IMG/VR virus record: IMGVR_UViG_3300028833_000062
Source of the DNA: an uncultured virus (IMG/VR IMGVR_UViG_3300028833_000062)
Taxonomy: Duplodnaviria > Heunggongvirae > Uroviricota > Caudoviricetes
DNA length: 64,000 bases
Direction: 5' to 3' (one strand)
Both the position numbers and the translations under genes were made by a program. This document shows positions 1 to 9,076 of this stretch, in pieces (position 1 is the first letter of the stretch; each line of letters begins with the position of its first letter). Below the pieces are notes generated by a model. The model was not told the origin of the DNA. It worked only from the letters and a program-made list of their open reading frames with translations, and made no database searches.

Positions 1-1120
1 GTGGACCATTATCAACAATTGTTTCAATTTGTGGAGTACCAGCTTCATTTTCAGGCATCCAATATTCTTTATTAAATGGCATATTTACTTTACCATTTAC
101 CATTAATTCACCAGTATCAACATTGAAAGATATATCTTCTTTATATCTGTTCATTGCTTGTGAAAGTGTTTGCATACCCTTTGCTTTATTCATACCATTA
201 ATTGGAATTGTGAACTTTGTCTTGAATGAAGACTGTGTAACAGTCCAAATAACTTGTGCTTGTTCAACAATTCTATAAAGGTTGAAAGGTCTGATAAGTC
301 TTTCAAGATAACTCTGTCTACTACTTACACCAGAATCTTCGTATTTTATATAAATAACCTGTGCATCTAATAAGTATCTTTCTTTACCTTGAACACCTTT
401 AAACTGTACCCAATATGTTGTATTGTTTTTAATTTCTCTGGTAAGTGTTGCTGGGTCAATATCAATTATACCTATTATTGAATGTGGATTTTCAAGAGAA
501 TCATAAATGATTTCGTAAGAAATTACACCATCAATTAAATATCTTTTAAAATCATCCCAAGCATTTCTTTTCCAATTCAATAACATGTAAATTTTATAAA
601 AACATGCATCAACAGCATTTCTTATTTCTTCAGCTGATTTTTCAGTCAACTGTTGTGTAAGTCCAGTATCAATAAATGGTTGTGCAATATATGCTTCATC
701 GTCATCATATACAATACATTCATTAGCCATAACATCAAGAATATCTTCAAGTTCTGGCTGCATAGCCATTTTTCTAAGGATTTCTCTTTTCTGTTCAAGA
801 GTCTTCTCTTTAAAATCTTTATCTTCTTCACCCTTTACACGCCAGTTATTCATCATACCACCATAAAGTGATTGATTCAATAAAAGGTCTTCTTTAGGTT
901 GTAAAGATTTATCAGCAGGAATGGCATGTATATTGTTTAAAACTTCATCATCATAATTCATTCCATAATGAGAAAGAGATGATAAAATCTTTGATACTAT
1001 ACTTCTTCTTTTACTGTATTGATTATTCTGTAAAAGCTGTTGTGTAAGTATATTACTTTCCACAGCTTCCATTATACTTTGATCATTTTCAAGTACACTA
1101 TTTAAATTACCAAATACCAT
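1..1120 (-). CDS. gp20: T4-like portal protein (gp20), 3' end runs off the window
   Basis: Not in the ORF track; translated by hand from ATG at 1120. Contains LRKMAMQPELEDILDVMANECIVYDD, SYLERLIRPFNLYRIVEQAQVIW and MPFNKEYWMPENEAGTPQIETI, matching conserved gp20 portal blocks. Confidence 0.92.
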   Translation of the reverse strand, partial: MVFGNLNSVLENDQSIMEAVESNILTQQLLQNNQYSKRRSIVSKILSSLSHYGMNYDDEVLNNIHAIPADKSLQPKEDLLLNQSLYGGMMNNWRVKGEEDKDFKEKTLEQKREILRKMAMQPELEDILDVMANECIVYDDDEAYIAQPFIDTGLTQQLTEKSAEEIRNAVDACFYKIYMLLNWKRNAWDDFKRYLIDGVISYEIIYDSLENPHSIIGIIDIDPATLTREIKNNTTYWVQFKGVQGKERYLLDAQVIYIKYEDSGVSSRQSYLERLIRPFNLYRIVEQAQVIWTVTQSSFKTKFTIPINGMNKAKGMQTLSQAMNRYKEDISFNVDTGELMVNGKVNMPFNKEYWMPENEAGTPQIETIVDNGP

Positions 1121-1260
1121 GGTTTTAACTTATAAATAAATATATCTACTTAAAAATAATTTTAATATTTTATTTTTTGATATTTTATATAAAATTAATT
1201 TGAATTTTGTTTTTTAATTTCTATATTAACAAAGAATTTAATAAAGGTAAATATTTATAT

Positions 1261-1485
1261 ATGAAAAATAGGAAAAATAATTTAGACCAAATTATTAAAA
1301 TACGAGAAGATATTTATATCCAAAAGAATAATATCGATTGTATTATAAAAACAAAAACAAGTCCTAAAGATGGGGTAACCATTCTTAAGGATTATGTTTA
1401 TGTAGTTTATCTTAAGAATTCAAAATACAATTGGATTCAATTAAGTCTTGAAGAATTTAATAAATATTTGCAAAAATATCTATAA
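1261..1485 (+). CDS. hypothetical protein
   Basis: ATG at 1261 downstream of TGAA..CTATATT motif (1201-1227). Confidence 0.6.
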   Translation: MKNRKNNLDQIIKIREDIYIQKNNIDCIIKTKTSPKDGVTILKDYVYVVYLKNSKYNWIQLSLEEFNKYLQKYL

Positions 1486-1522
1486 TAAATATATATGTAT
1501 AACTTTTAAAACATTTTAGAAA

Positions 1523-2638
1523 ATGGCAAATTTAACTAAAGAAGTCGCAAACATTCATACCGCAACAACCAACGGATATGATTATGCAAATCGCCTTGCT
1601 ACTCTTACTCCCGAGGAAAAGTCTAAGTATCTTGCGTTGACGGATAAGGTCGATATTCACAACGTTTCAACCGTTCAGGAATATGGTTCCGAATTGAATG
1701 CAGTTGTCGCAGAAAACGGTGAAAGGTTTCTTGCTTCCGTAAAGGCCAGCGATGGTGGTGAAATCGTTGAGCTTACCACTGAGCTTCTTGCTCAGCTGAA
1801 CATGATTAACATTGATGAAATCAATGCAGACACCAAGTGGAAAAATTTCCTTCGTAGGCTTCCTGTTGTTAGGAAGTTCGTTACTACGATTGAAAATGTA
1901 AAAATCAAGTATAATGACATTGCACAGAATGTAAATTCTATTGCTGAAAAGATGTCCGCCGCTAAGATGGTGGCTATGGAAGATAATTCCACTCTTCAGG
2001 AGATTTTCGACAATAATGTAAATTACATCAAGCATATTCGTGAGCTTATCATTGCAGGTAAGGTAAAGCTTGAACAGGTCAAGGAGCAGCTTAATGATAT
2101 GAAGACGCATCCTGATCAGCATGAAAGTTATGAAATTTCTGAGGTTCAGGATTTCATCAATGCACTTGAAAAGAGGATTGCTGATCTTCAGGTAACTGAG
2201 GCTGTTATGCAGCAGAACCTTCTTCAGATTCGTGCAACTCAGGGAAATAACCTTGCAATTGCAAATAAGAGTGATAACATTGTAACCAATGTAATTCCTC
2301 TTTGGAAGAATCAGCTTTCTATCGCGGTTATCATGAATAACCAGAAGAAGAATGTTGAAGCTCAGCAAATGCTTGTTGATACCACTAATAAGATTCTTGC
2401 TGAAAATGCTAAGAACCTTCATACCAACTCTGTCAATGTTGCTAAGTCCAATGAAGAGGCTGTCATCTCTCTTGAGACTCTTAAGACCACTACTAATGAA
2501 CTTATCGCTACCATTAAGGAAGTTGAAAGGATTCATGCTGATGGTGCTCACCAGAGGGAGCAGATTGAGAAGGAACTTCATTCTATGGCTATTCAGCTTG
2601 AAGATGCCATTAACAGTGGCTCTTTGAAGAAGCAGTAG
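1523..2638 (+). CDS. telA: toxic anion (tellurite) resistance protein, TelA/KlaA family
   Basis: 371 aa helical protein with LEKRIADLQ..QIRATQGNN..VIPLWKNQL and ISLETLK motifs typical of TelA. Confidence 0.88.
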   Translation: MANLTKEVANIHTATTNGYDYANRLATLTPEEKSKYLALTDKVDIHNVSTVQEYGSELNAVVAENGERFLASVKASDGGEIVELTTELLAQLNMINIDEINADTKWKNFLRRLPVVRKFVTTIENVKIKYNDIAQNVNSIAEKMSAAKMVAMEDNSTLQEIFDNNVNYIKHIRELIIAGKVKLEQVKEQLNDMKTHPDQHESYEISEVQDFINALEKRIADLQVTEAVMQQNLLQIRATQGNNLAIANKSDNIVTNVIPLWKNQLSIAVIMNNQKKNVEAQQMLVDTTNKILAENAKNLHTNSVNVAKSNEEAVISLETLKTTTNELIATIKEVERIHADGAHQREQIEKELHSMAIQLEDAINSGSLKKQ

Positions 2639-2639
2639 T

Positions 2640-3308
2640 GTGGCTAATTTAAGTAAAGAAGCAAGAGAGGTTTTAGACAACCTCCTTGCTTCTAATAAAA
2701 AAGAAAATACTATGATGACATGGGAAGGTGGAGGAGGTCCACTTCCACCAAATACAAGACGAAATATTATGAATAAAGAAATAAAGGCATTGATCATTAA
2801 TGATAAAAAGAATAGTGAAAGAGTTATTTTCAATATGAAAAAAGCTCTATCTCTTGATGCGGATATTTCTTATAAAGATACTGAAAATGGAACAATTTCT
2901 GTATCAATAACAAAAAATGGACAGACTACAACTGAAGAATTTGACAGTATTCCTCAAGAGATAAAAGATGGAATTGATAGGGCTATGGCTATTAGACATA
3001 AGAAAGTATCTAAAGACCAAGCAAAAAATTCTGTAAATGTAAGATATAAGATTGGAGATATTCTTATTCTTAGAGGAAAAATCAGAGATGGTTCTCCTGA
3101 ACTTATAAAGAAGTTTGAAGTTAAGAAAATAATTTGGTCTATAAAAGAAGTACCAGTAAATATTCTTATTCTTAAACAACTTGAAGGGGTGAATAATAAT
3201 ATGTCACTTACAAAAAATGATTGTAAAAGATACCATATTAAATATGAAGAAGGTCTTCAGGTTTACTCTATGGGATTAAATTTCATAAAAAGAAAGAAAA
3301 AATCATAA
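2640..3308 (+). CDS. hypothetical protein
   Basis: 222 aa ORF, GTG start abutting telA stop. Confidence 0.7.
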   Translation: MANLSKEAREVLDNLLASNKKENTMMTWEGGGGPLPPNTRRNIMNKEIKALIINDKKNSERVIFNMKKALSLDADISYKDTENGTISVSITKNGQTTTEEFDSIPQEIKDGIDRAMAIRHKKVSKDQAKNSVNVRYKIGDILILRGKIRDGSPELIKKFEVKKIIWSIKEVPVNILILKQLEGVNNNMSLTKNDCKRYHIKYEEGLQVYSMGLNFIKRKKKS

Positions 3309-3377
3309 ATTTTTGTAAATTTTAAAAAAAAGATTCTATAATATATTAGATTTGATTTTAACTAAAAATTATATAAG

Positions 3378-3584
3378 ATGAATAAATTTATTAGACTACA
3401 CAATTCAGAAAATAATTCAGTTGTCATTGTGAATGTAAATTCAATTGTACTTATTGACACTGATGAGGTTGCAGGTAAGGTTTGCTCATTGGTTTATCTT
3501 GACTCTTCAAGTGATCTCGATAAATTCAATGTTAATGAATCTCCTGAAAAGATTTTTGATATGATTAGTTCTTTGAATAAATAA
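3378..3584 (+). CDS. small FlbD/SwrD-like beta protein
   Basis: 68 aa; FIRLH..VIVNVNSIVLI..VNESPEKI resembles the FlbD family pattern. Confidence 0.5.
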   Translation: MNKFIRLHNSENNSVVIVNVNSIVLIDTDEVAGKVCSLVYLDSSSDLDKFNVNESPEKIFDMISSLNK

Positions 3585-3591
3585 GAAAATT

Positions 3592-4087
3592 AAGTAATGT
3601 GGTATTAGAGGCCTATAACCTTAGTTAACATCGGATGAACTTTTTTTCTATAAAAATTGATTTTTTAGTACCCAACTTATTTTGATTTAATTATGATACT
3701 CTTTTAGGTTTTAATGGTTTACCTTTACTATTTTTATTTTTATAAACCAAGGGGAAATTCTTTCAATTAATAGAAATATAAAAAATAAGTCCGAAAATAC
3801 CTAATAACACAATCATTAGATTTAGCTCCCTTGTTTGAATTGACGGAAGAAGGTTTTGATAATTGGAGTTTAATGATACCCAGTTAAAATATAAGCCTAA
3901 TCTAATCAAATTTACTGGTGAAAGGAAAATCTTTGAAAGTAAATAAGTTTACTGGATAAAGAAAAAACTTTGAAAGTAAATAAGAGAAAGCTAAGACATA
4001 TAACCTGAATGTCCCTGTTTTATGAAGATTTGATAGACTGGAGGCTTGATAGGAGAACTTGGAGATTGTTACTTTTAGTGATTACTT
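3592..4087 (+). ncRNA. candidate large structured non-coding RNA (unclassified)
   Basis: No ORF; 5'/3' ends pair (AAGTAAT 3592-3598 with ATTACTT 4081-4087); many nested helices; followed by an intrinsic terminator. Confidence 0.6.
3911..3984 (+). repeat. two tandem 37-nt imperfect repeats, each a hairpin
   Basis: TTTACTGGTGAAAGGAAAATCTTTGAAAGTAAATAAG / TTTACTGGATAAAGAAAAAACTTTGAAAGTAAATAAG. Confidence 0.9.
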
Positions 4088-4094
4088 TTATACG

Positions 4095-4135
4095 GAGGAT
4101 GAAGAATATAAATCTTCATCCTCTTGTTTTTTTTT
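4095..4135 (+). terminator. intrinsic terminator
   Basis: GAGGATGAAGA / TCTTCATCCTC 11-bp stem followed by T tract. Confidence 0.85.
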
Positions 4136-4195
4136 GAATATATAGTATTGTTTTTTCTATTTTAATATTACAAATACAAGTTATAAATTTGAAAG

Positions 4196-5731
4196 ATGAT
4201 ATTAGATAGAACATGGAACAAAAGAGAACAAAAATTAGTAATTTCTTATATTGACAAAGAAGGTAATAGACAATTTTATCAGAAATATTTTCACCATTTT
4301 AAAACATATGAATACGATGACCGTGGTGATATAGATACATGGGATGGCCGTAAAGCTAGAAAAGTATTCAAAGATACAACAGATTATACACCTAATGAAT
4401 TCGATATACTTGAGTTTATGTATGAACTTCCTGAAGATTTAGGAAAGGAAATGCATGCTCAAAACTTCCCTAAATTATATTTCTTCGATATTGAAACTAA
4501 ATTTGACCCAACAACATTTCCTGATCCACAAACAGCTAGACACCAAGTAACATCTATTTCACTTGTTGGACCAGATATGAGTTGTATTGTATATGGTCTT
4601 AGGGAATTAAGACAAGATCAAATTGATCTTTTAAAATCCAGATATTTAGATTTTATAAATAACAATGAATTTGCAAAATCAAGATTAAAGAAAGAACCTA
4701 AAGTACTTTATCAGTATTTCTCAAATGAAGGAGATATGTTAAAGCACTTCTTTACAGTTATTTGTCCTAAAGTACCTTGTCTTGCAGGATGGAATAGTTA
4801 TGGATTTGACTTTATGTATCTTGTAACAAGACTTGGTGTTCTTTTTGGTCAAGCCGAAGCTTATAATATTCTTAGAAAATCTTCACCTACTGGTGAACTT
4901 ACTTCAATTAAAGTAAATAATCAGGCAGGACAGTTTTTATATAAATTTCCAGCACCTTGTCATACAATTTGGCTTGACTATATGGAAATAGTAAAACAGT
5001 ATGATTATTCTTTAAGACCTTATGAAAGTTATTCTTTGGATTGGGTTGGTGAACATGCTGTAAAAGCTAATAAGATTAAATATAATGGAACCTTAAATGA
5101 TTTGTATGAGAAAGATATTGAATGGTATTATTTCTATAATGCAATCGATAGTCTTATCGGTCTTCTTATACATTATCGATTGAAATCTCTTGAATCACCT
5201 TGTTCTGTTTCAAGTATTACACTTGTACCTCTTCTTAAAGCTTTTGGACAAGTTGCTCTTACTACAGCAAATGTATTTAATGAATTCTATCAAGATAATA
5301 AAAGAGTTGTATGGAATTATGATGCTGTTGAAAGATATAAAGTAAATTATGAAGGAGCTTTTTGTGGATGTGTACCTGGAAGATATTCTTGGAATGTATG
5401 TGATGACTTCGCATCACTTTATCCATCTCAAGTACAGACATGTAATTTCTCTTTTGAAAACTTTATCACACCAACAACTGAACCAGATTCTCTTGGAAGA
5501 ATTATTCCTAGAAAATGGACAGAAGAAGAACTTGCACAATTTAGAAATGATCCAAATTATTTTGTATCAATAAATGGCAATGTTTATAAGAATGATAAAG
5601 ATTATGCATTTAAGAGAATGCAAAGAAATATGAAAAAGAAAAGAGATGTATATAAATATACTGGTCAAAGAATAGAATCAGAATTACTACATGAAATTGA
5701 TAGATTAATAAAAGAAAAAGAATCTGCATGA
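4196..5731 (+). CDS. polB: family B DNA polymerase, N-terminal subunit (3'-5' exonuclease + motif A) of a split gene
   Basis: ExoI FFDIET, ExoII GWNSYGFD, ExoIII YNAID, motif A DFASLYPS; ends in the fingers (KKKRDVYK) without motif B or YGDTDS. Confidence 0.9.
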   Translation: MILDRTWNKREQKLVISYIDKEGNRQFYQKYFHHFKTYEYDDRGDIDTWDGRKARKVFKDTTDYTPNEFDILEFMYELPEDLGKEMHAQNFPKLYFFDIETKFDPTTFPDPQTARHQVTSISLVGPDMSCIVYGLRELRQDQIDLLKSRYLDFINNNEFAKSRLKKEPKVLYQYFSNEGDMLKHFFTVICPKVPCLAGWNSYGFDFMYLVTRLGVLFGQAEAYNILRKSSPTGELTSIKVNNQAGQFLYKFPAPCHTIWLDYMEIVKQYDYSLRPYESYSLDWVGEHAVKANKIKYNGTLNDLYEKDIEWYYFYNAIDSLIGLLIHYRLKSLESPCSVSSITLVPLLKAFGQVALTTANVFNEFYQDNKRVVWNYDAVERYKVNYEGAFCGCVPGRYSWNVCDDFASLYPSQVQTCNFSFENFITPTTEPDSLGRIIPRKWTEEELAQFRNDPNYFVSINGNVYKNDKDYAFKRMQRNMKKKRDVYKYTGQRIESELLHEIDRLIKEKESA

Positions 5732-5732
5732 T

Positions 5733-5966
5733 ATGAAAAATAATATAAATATAGAAGTAAATACTCTTGCAGCTTTATTTAACTTTAATGGAATTTCATA
5801 TAAAGATTTAGATACTAAAAAATTTGTAGAAACTCCTTATAAAAAAATTAGTCAATTAAAAGAATATCTTCATCAATTATATCCACAATATGATGAAATA
5901 TATTTTTATGAAAAAGTTAGAGATAGAAGACAAATAGAATGGAATAATGAATTTTTATTAAGTTAA
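5733..5966 (+). CDS. hypothetical protein
   Basis: 77 aa ORF tightly packed in operon. Confidence 0.6.
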   Translation: MKNNINIEVNTLAALFNFNGISYKDLDTKKFVETPYKKISQLKEYLHQLYPQYDEIYFYEKVRDRRQIEWNNEFLLS

Positions 5967-5970
5967 TATT

Positions 5971-6318
5971 ATGAAGATTAATGTAAAATTATTTGATCCT
6001 AATTATAGTGTAAATAAATATGGTGAAGGAGTTTTAGAAAATGCTATTAATGAATACATAAAAAATGGTAATAAATTTGTTTCATGTAATAGTGATTCTA
6101 CTGATTTAAAAGATATTATTGGTACTGTTGAGCATATTGATAGAACTGATAATGGTAAAGTATTTGCTGATATAGAATTGTTAGATACTCCTCAAGGAAA
6201 GATATATCAAGAAGCATTAAATTATGGTATGATTAATTTTGGTGTTTCTGGATATGGTAATAAAAATGAAGATGGAGTTATAACAGATTTTGAAATAAAA
6301 AGTATAAATGCAATATGA
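5971..6318 (+). CDS. short degenerate paralog of T4 gp21 prohead protease
   Basis: VFADIELLDTPQGKI..NFGVSGYG resembles the gp21 core, but GELxHP and GVSSRG motifs are absent. Confidence 0.55.
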   Translation: MKINVKLFDPNYSVNKYGEGVLENAINEYIKNGNKFVSCNSDSTDLKDIIGTVEHIDRTDNGKVFADIELLDTPQGKIYQEALNYGMINFGVSGYGNKNEDGVITDFEIKSINAI

Positions 6319-6632
6319 GTGAAGATAAGCATAGAATAAAATGGAAAAATTTAAAGATATGGCTTAAAGACCAGTTTAAAAGAAAAACTTGGTTTAAAAA
6401 TTTCTTTATCACTAGAAATGCATGGGGTGCATTCAGTATAAATAGTCATATTAATCAGCATACTGGTAAACCTAAGATAACTTATAATCATTTAGAAACT
6501 GCACTTAAGTCTGCACAGAAGATGAGTGAAAAACATGGTACTCATTTTAGTACTTATAAGTGTCTTTTCTGTGATGGTTATCATATTGGAAAAAATAGAG
6601 ATAATAAAACTGATTATGATAAATGTGGTTAA
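6315..6632 (+). CDS. hypothetical protein with C-terminal CxxC-H zinc-ribbon-like motif
   Basis: YKCLFCDGYHIG. Confidence 0.65.
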   Translation: MSEDKHRIKWKNLKIWLKDQFKRKTWFKNFFITRNAWGAFSINSHINQHTGKPKITYNHLETALKSAQKMSEKHGTHFSTYKCLFCDGYHIGKNRDNKTDYDKCG

Positions 6633-6774
6633 AGATTGGACAAAATGTTGGTATGAATTATTAAATAAATTTTATTTACCACAAATAAAATCAAATGATG
6701 GATTACCAGTAGGAGTTTTATTTTATTTAGATTTTAATTTTAATAGAAATAAATATATACAAGTAATAAAATAA
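6625..6774 (+). CDS. small peptide containing a major-capsid-like motif
   Basis: Probable GTG start at 6625 overlapping the upstream stop; LPVGVLFYLDF. Confidence 0.4.
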   Translation: MVKDWTKCWYELLNKFYLPQIKSNDGLPVGVLFYLDFNFNRNKYIQVIK

Positions 6775-7538
6775 TGGCAACTTTACATATAAACTTAGAA
6801 AAGTTAATAACAGAAAAGTTAGATGAAAAAATAAATGATGCAGTTTCAAAAGCAATTGAAAAAGTATTTTCTAATATTTCATTTGATTTTATATCTGATC
6901 AAAACAATTACGATGATAAAAATTCTTCAGATGAATGTTATAAAGAAAAATATATTGAAGAAGATAAAGACAATAAAATTAACATTATAGAAGAACAAAA
7001 AGCTCGTGAAGAAGATGTTAAACAAGAAGAAGATTCAACTTTAGAAGAAGTAAAAAGAGGTTGGGTTGAAAAAATGAATGCTTATGTTGATATTATAAAT
7101 CAAATGAAAGCTCAATTAACACCCCAACAACTTGAACAAATTAGTATGCCTAGAGAAATAGTATCTAAAAAAGAATATTCATTTAAGTTATTTATTGATA
7201 ATCTAACTTGGGATCAAGTAAACTTATTATTTAAATCCAATAATTATTTAAATGTTGATATTGTTTCTGAAGATTTTGAAGTTCAAAAAATAGAAACTTA
7301 TGGATTTACTCCTAAAGATATTTATTTTAAATTATTAAAACAAATTATTACAAATGAAGCTAATAGAGTTTATCATTTATCTTATAATGATCCAACAGTA
7401 ATATCATCACTTATTGTTACTGAACTTTATAATGATTATAATTCAAAAGTTATTGTATTTGTCGATGATATAATTGATAAACATCATATGGAAATTTTTG
7501 ATGAAATTTTTGGTGAACAATTTTATATGAAACAATAA
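6774..7538 (+). CDS. hypothetical protein
   Basis: 254 aa ORF, stop/start overlap with upstream ORF. Confidence 0.7.
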   Translation: MATLHINLEKLITEKLDEKINDAVSKAIEKVFSNISFDFISDQNNYDDKNSSDECYKEKYIEEDKDNKINIIEEQKAREEDVKQEEDSTLEEVKRGWVEKMNAYVDIINQMKAQLTPQQLEQISMPREIVSKKEYSFKLFIDNLTWDQVNLLFKSNNYLNVDIVSEDFEVQKIETYGFTPKDIYFKLLKQIITNEANRVYHLSYNDPTVISSLIVTELYNDYNSKVIVFVDDIIDKHHMEIFDEIFGEQFYMKQ

Positions 7539-7539
7539 T

Positions 7540-7788
7540 ATGGAAAAATTTACAAGATTAACACTTGAACAGTCTGATAGAAAAATGAATTGGGAGATGC
7601 CATATGAAGATGTAACTGCTGATGATTTACTTGAAGCATTTAATGCATTAATGATTGGATTTACATGGAATCAAAAAACAATATATGATGCAATGGCACA
7701 ATATCTTCAAGAGCATGCTTTTGATTTATATGATGTTTTTGATCATATTGATCATATTTCTGAACCTAATGAAGATGAAGGTAATTAA
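7540..7788 (+). CDS. hypothetical protein
   Basis: 82 aa acidic ORF followed by terminator. Confidence 0.7.
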   Translation: MEKFTRLTLEQSDRKMNWEMPYEDVTADDLLEAFNALMIGFTWNQKTIYDAMAQYLQEHAFDLYDVFDHIDHISEPNEDEGN

Positions 7789-7817
7789 AGTTGTAATTAA
7801 TATTACAACTTTTTTTT
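7788..7817 (+). terminator. intrinsic terminator
   Basis: AAGTTGTAAT / ATTACAACTT stem plus T tract. Confidence 0.7.
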
Positions 7818-7847
7818 ATTTTTATATAACTAATATAAAGATAAATA

Positions 7848-9071
7848 ATGAATAAGTTTTTTAATTACTTACAGCCAACTATAATTCAAGCTACAAATAA
7901 TGAAGAACTTCCAGAAAGAGTAAGAGGAAGATTCTTTATTAATTTTAATGTATTTGGTATACAATATTTTTCTGAAAACTATATATTACAAGAAACTTCA
8001 TTTGGTGCTCCTTATCTTATTTTAAAAGAAGATAACTGGGGTCTTCAACTTGAAAATACTTCAGAAGGTGAACTTCTTGATATTCCAAGAATATATATTG
8101 ATATAACAGATAAATTTGTAAATGATGAAGAAGGATTATTTCAATCATTCGTTGCTCAGTCATTAATGAATAATAAAATATGGGTAAGAGGTATTGATGG
8201 TTTCTTCGCTGGAATGGATTATTTTACAAATTATACTTTATATAACTATCTTGCTCTTACAGATCAGATTGAAGTTCCAGATTTTGGTGCACGTCTTCCT
8301 AATTATCTTGATAATTTTGGACAAATACAGACACAATATTGGAAACCATTGACTGGAGAAATTTATGAAGATTATAATAATATTGAGTATTTTAATGAGA
8401 AAAACAATTTATTAAATAATGAATATGATGAAGATACTCTTAATAATTTTTATTCTTCATTTTGCTCATTGATACTTGAATATACAAGAATTCCAGAAGA
8501 TGTATTAATTACACAACAAAATCAGATATATAACTTAGTATTAAACTATTTCAAGAATTTTAAATCTGACAGTGGTAGTGATGCACTTTCAATTATATTG
8601 AATTCAGGTTATACAGTTAATGAAAATTTAACAAAAGTTGGATGTAATTGTAATGATTCAATTTCAGGTTCAACAGAAATAAGTAAGTCTTGTTATGATT
8701 TATATGGAGAAGCAATGTTGAAATGGTTGAAAACAATGTTATCTGATACAAAATTTTATGAAGATTGGTTTAGAATACGTAAATCAGAAGATGATTGGAT
8801 TCCTAATGATGTATTAATTGAACATTTAAAAACATTCTTTGATGAATTTATTAAATTACAACATACATTAATGTTCTTAAAAACAACTTCATTAAGATGT
8901 GATTGTCCATCTCCTGTTTCATTTAATGAAAATGAATGTAATTATAATATAATAAATAACTATATTAAAATATTAAACTGGATATTTAATGAAGAAATTG
9001 ATGCTAATATAAATAAAATAAAAATATATGGTGGTCAATTTGGTGATTTACTTCCAAAATTACAATTTTAA
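7848..9071 (+). CDS. hypothetical (probably virion) protein with CxC motifs
   Basis: 407 aa; GCNCN and CDCP; preceded by TATTTTTA motif. Confidence 0.7.
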   Translation: MNKFFNYLQPTIIQATNNEELPERVRGRFFINFNVFGIQYFSENYILQETSFGAPYLILKEDNWGLQLENTSEGELLDIPRIYIDITDKFVNDEEGLFQSFVAQSLMNNKIWVRGIDGFFAGMDYFTNYTLYNYLALTDQIEVPDFGARLPNYLDNFGQIQTQYWKPLTGEIYEDYNNIEYFNEKNNLLNNEYDEDTLNNFYSSFCSLILEYTRIPEDVLITQQNQIYNLVLNYFKNFKSDSGSDALSIILNSGYTVNENLTKVGCNCNDSISGSTEISKSCYDLYGEAMLKWLKTMLSDTKFYEDWFRIRKSEDDWIPNDVLIEHLKTFFDEFIKLQHTLMFLKTTSLRCDCPSPVSFNENECNYNIINNYIKILNWIFNEEIDANINKIKIYGGQFGDLLPKLQF

Positions 9072-9076
9072 CGCTT

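Noticed and set aside
646..871. Short ORFs 646-831 (-) and 653-871 (+)
   Set aside because: Alternative frames inside the portal gene
1667..2833. 388-aa antisense ORF over telA
   Set aside because: Shadow of telA codon bias; no motifs, promoter or operon context. The same applies to antisense ORFs over the S1-like, AEP-like, 54767 and cca genes
3911..3984. Possible CRISPR mini-array
   Set aside because: Only two directly abutting units, no spacers, no cas genes
3592..4087. RNase P, tmRNA or self-splicing intron identity for the structured region
   Set aside because: AAGTCCG (3787) has a local partner and no proper P4 complement; no tRNA-like ends, no group II domain V, no clear group I P7 pair, and no interrupted gene
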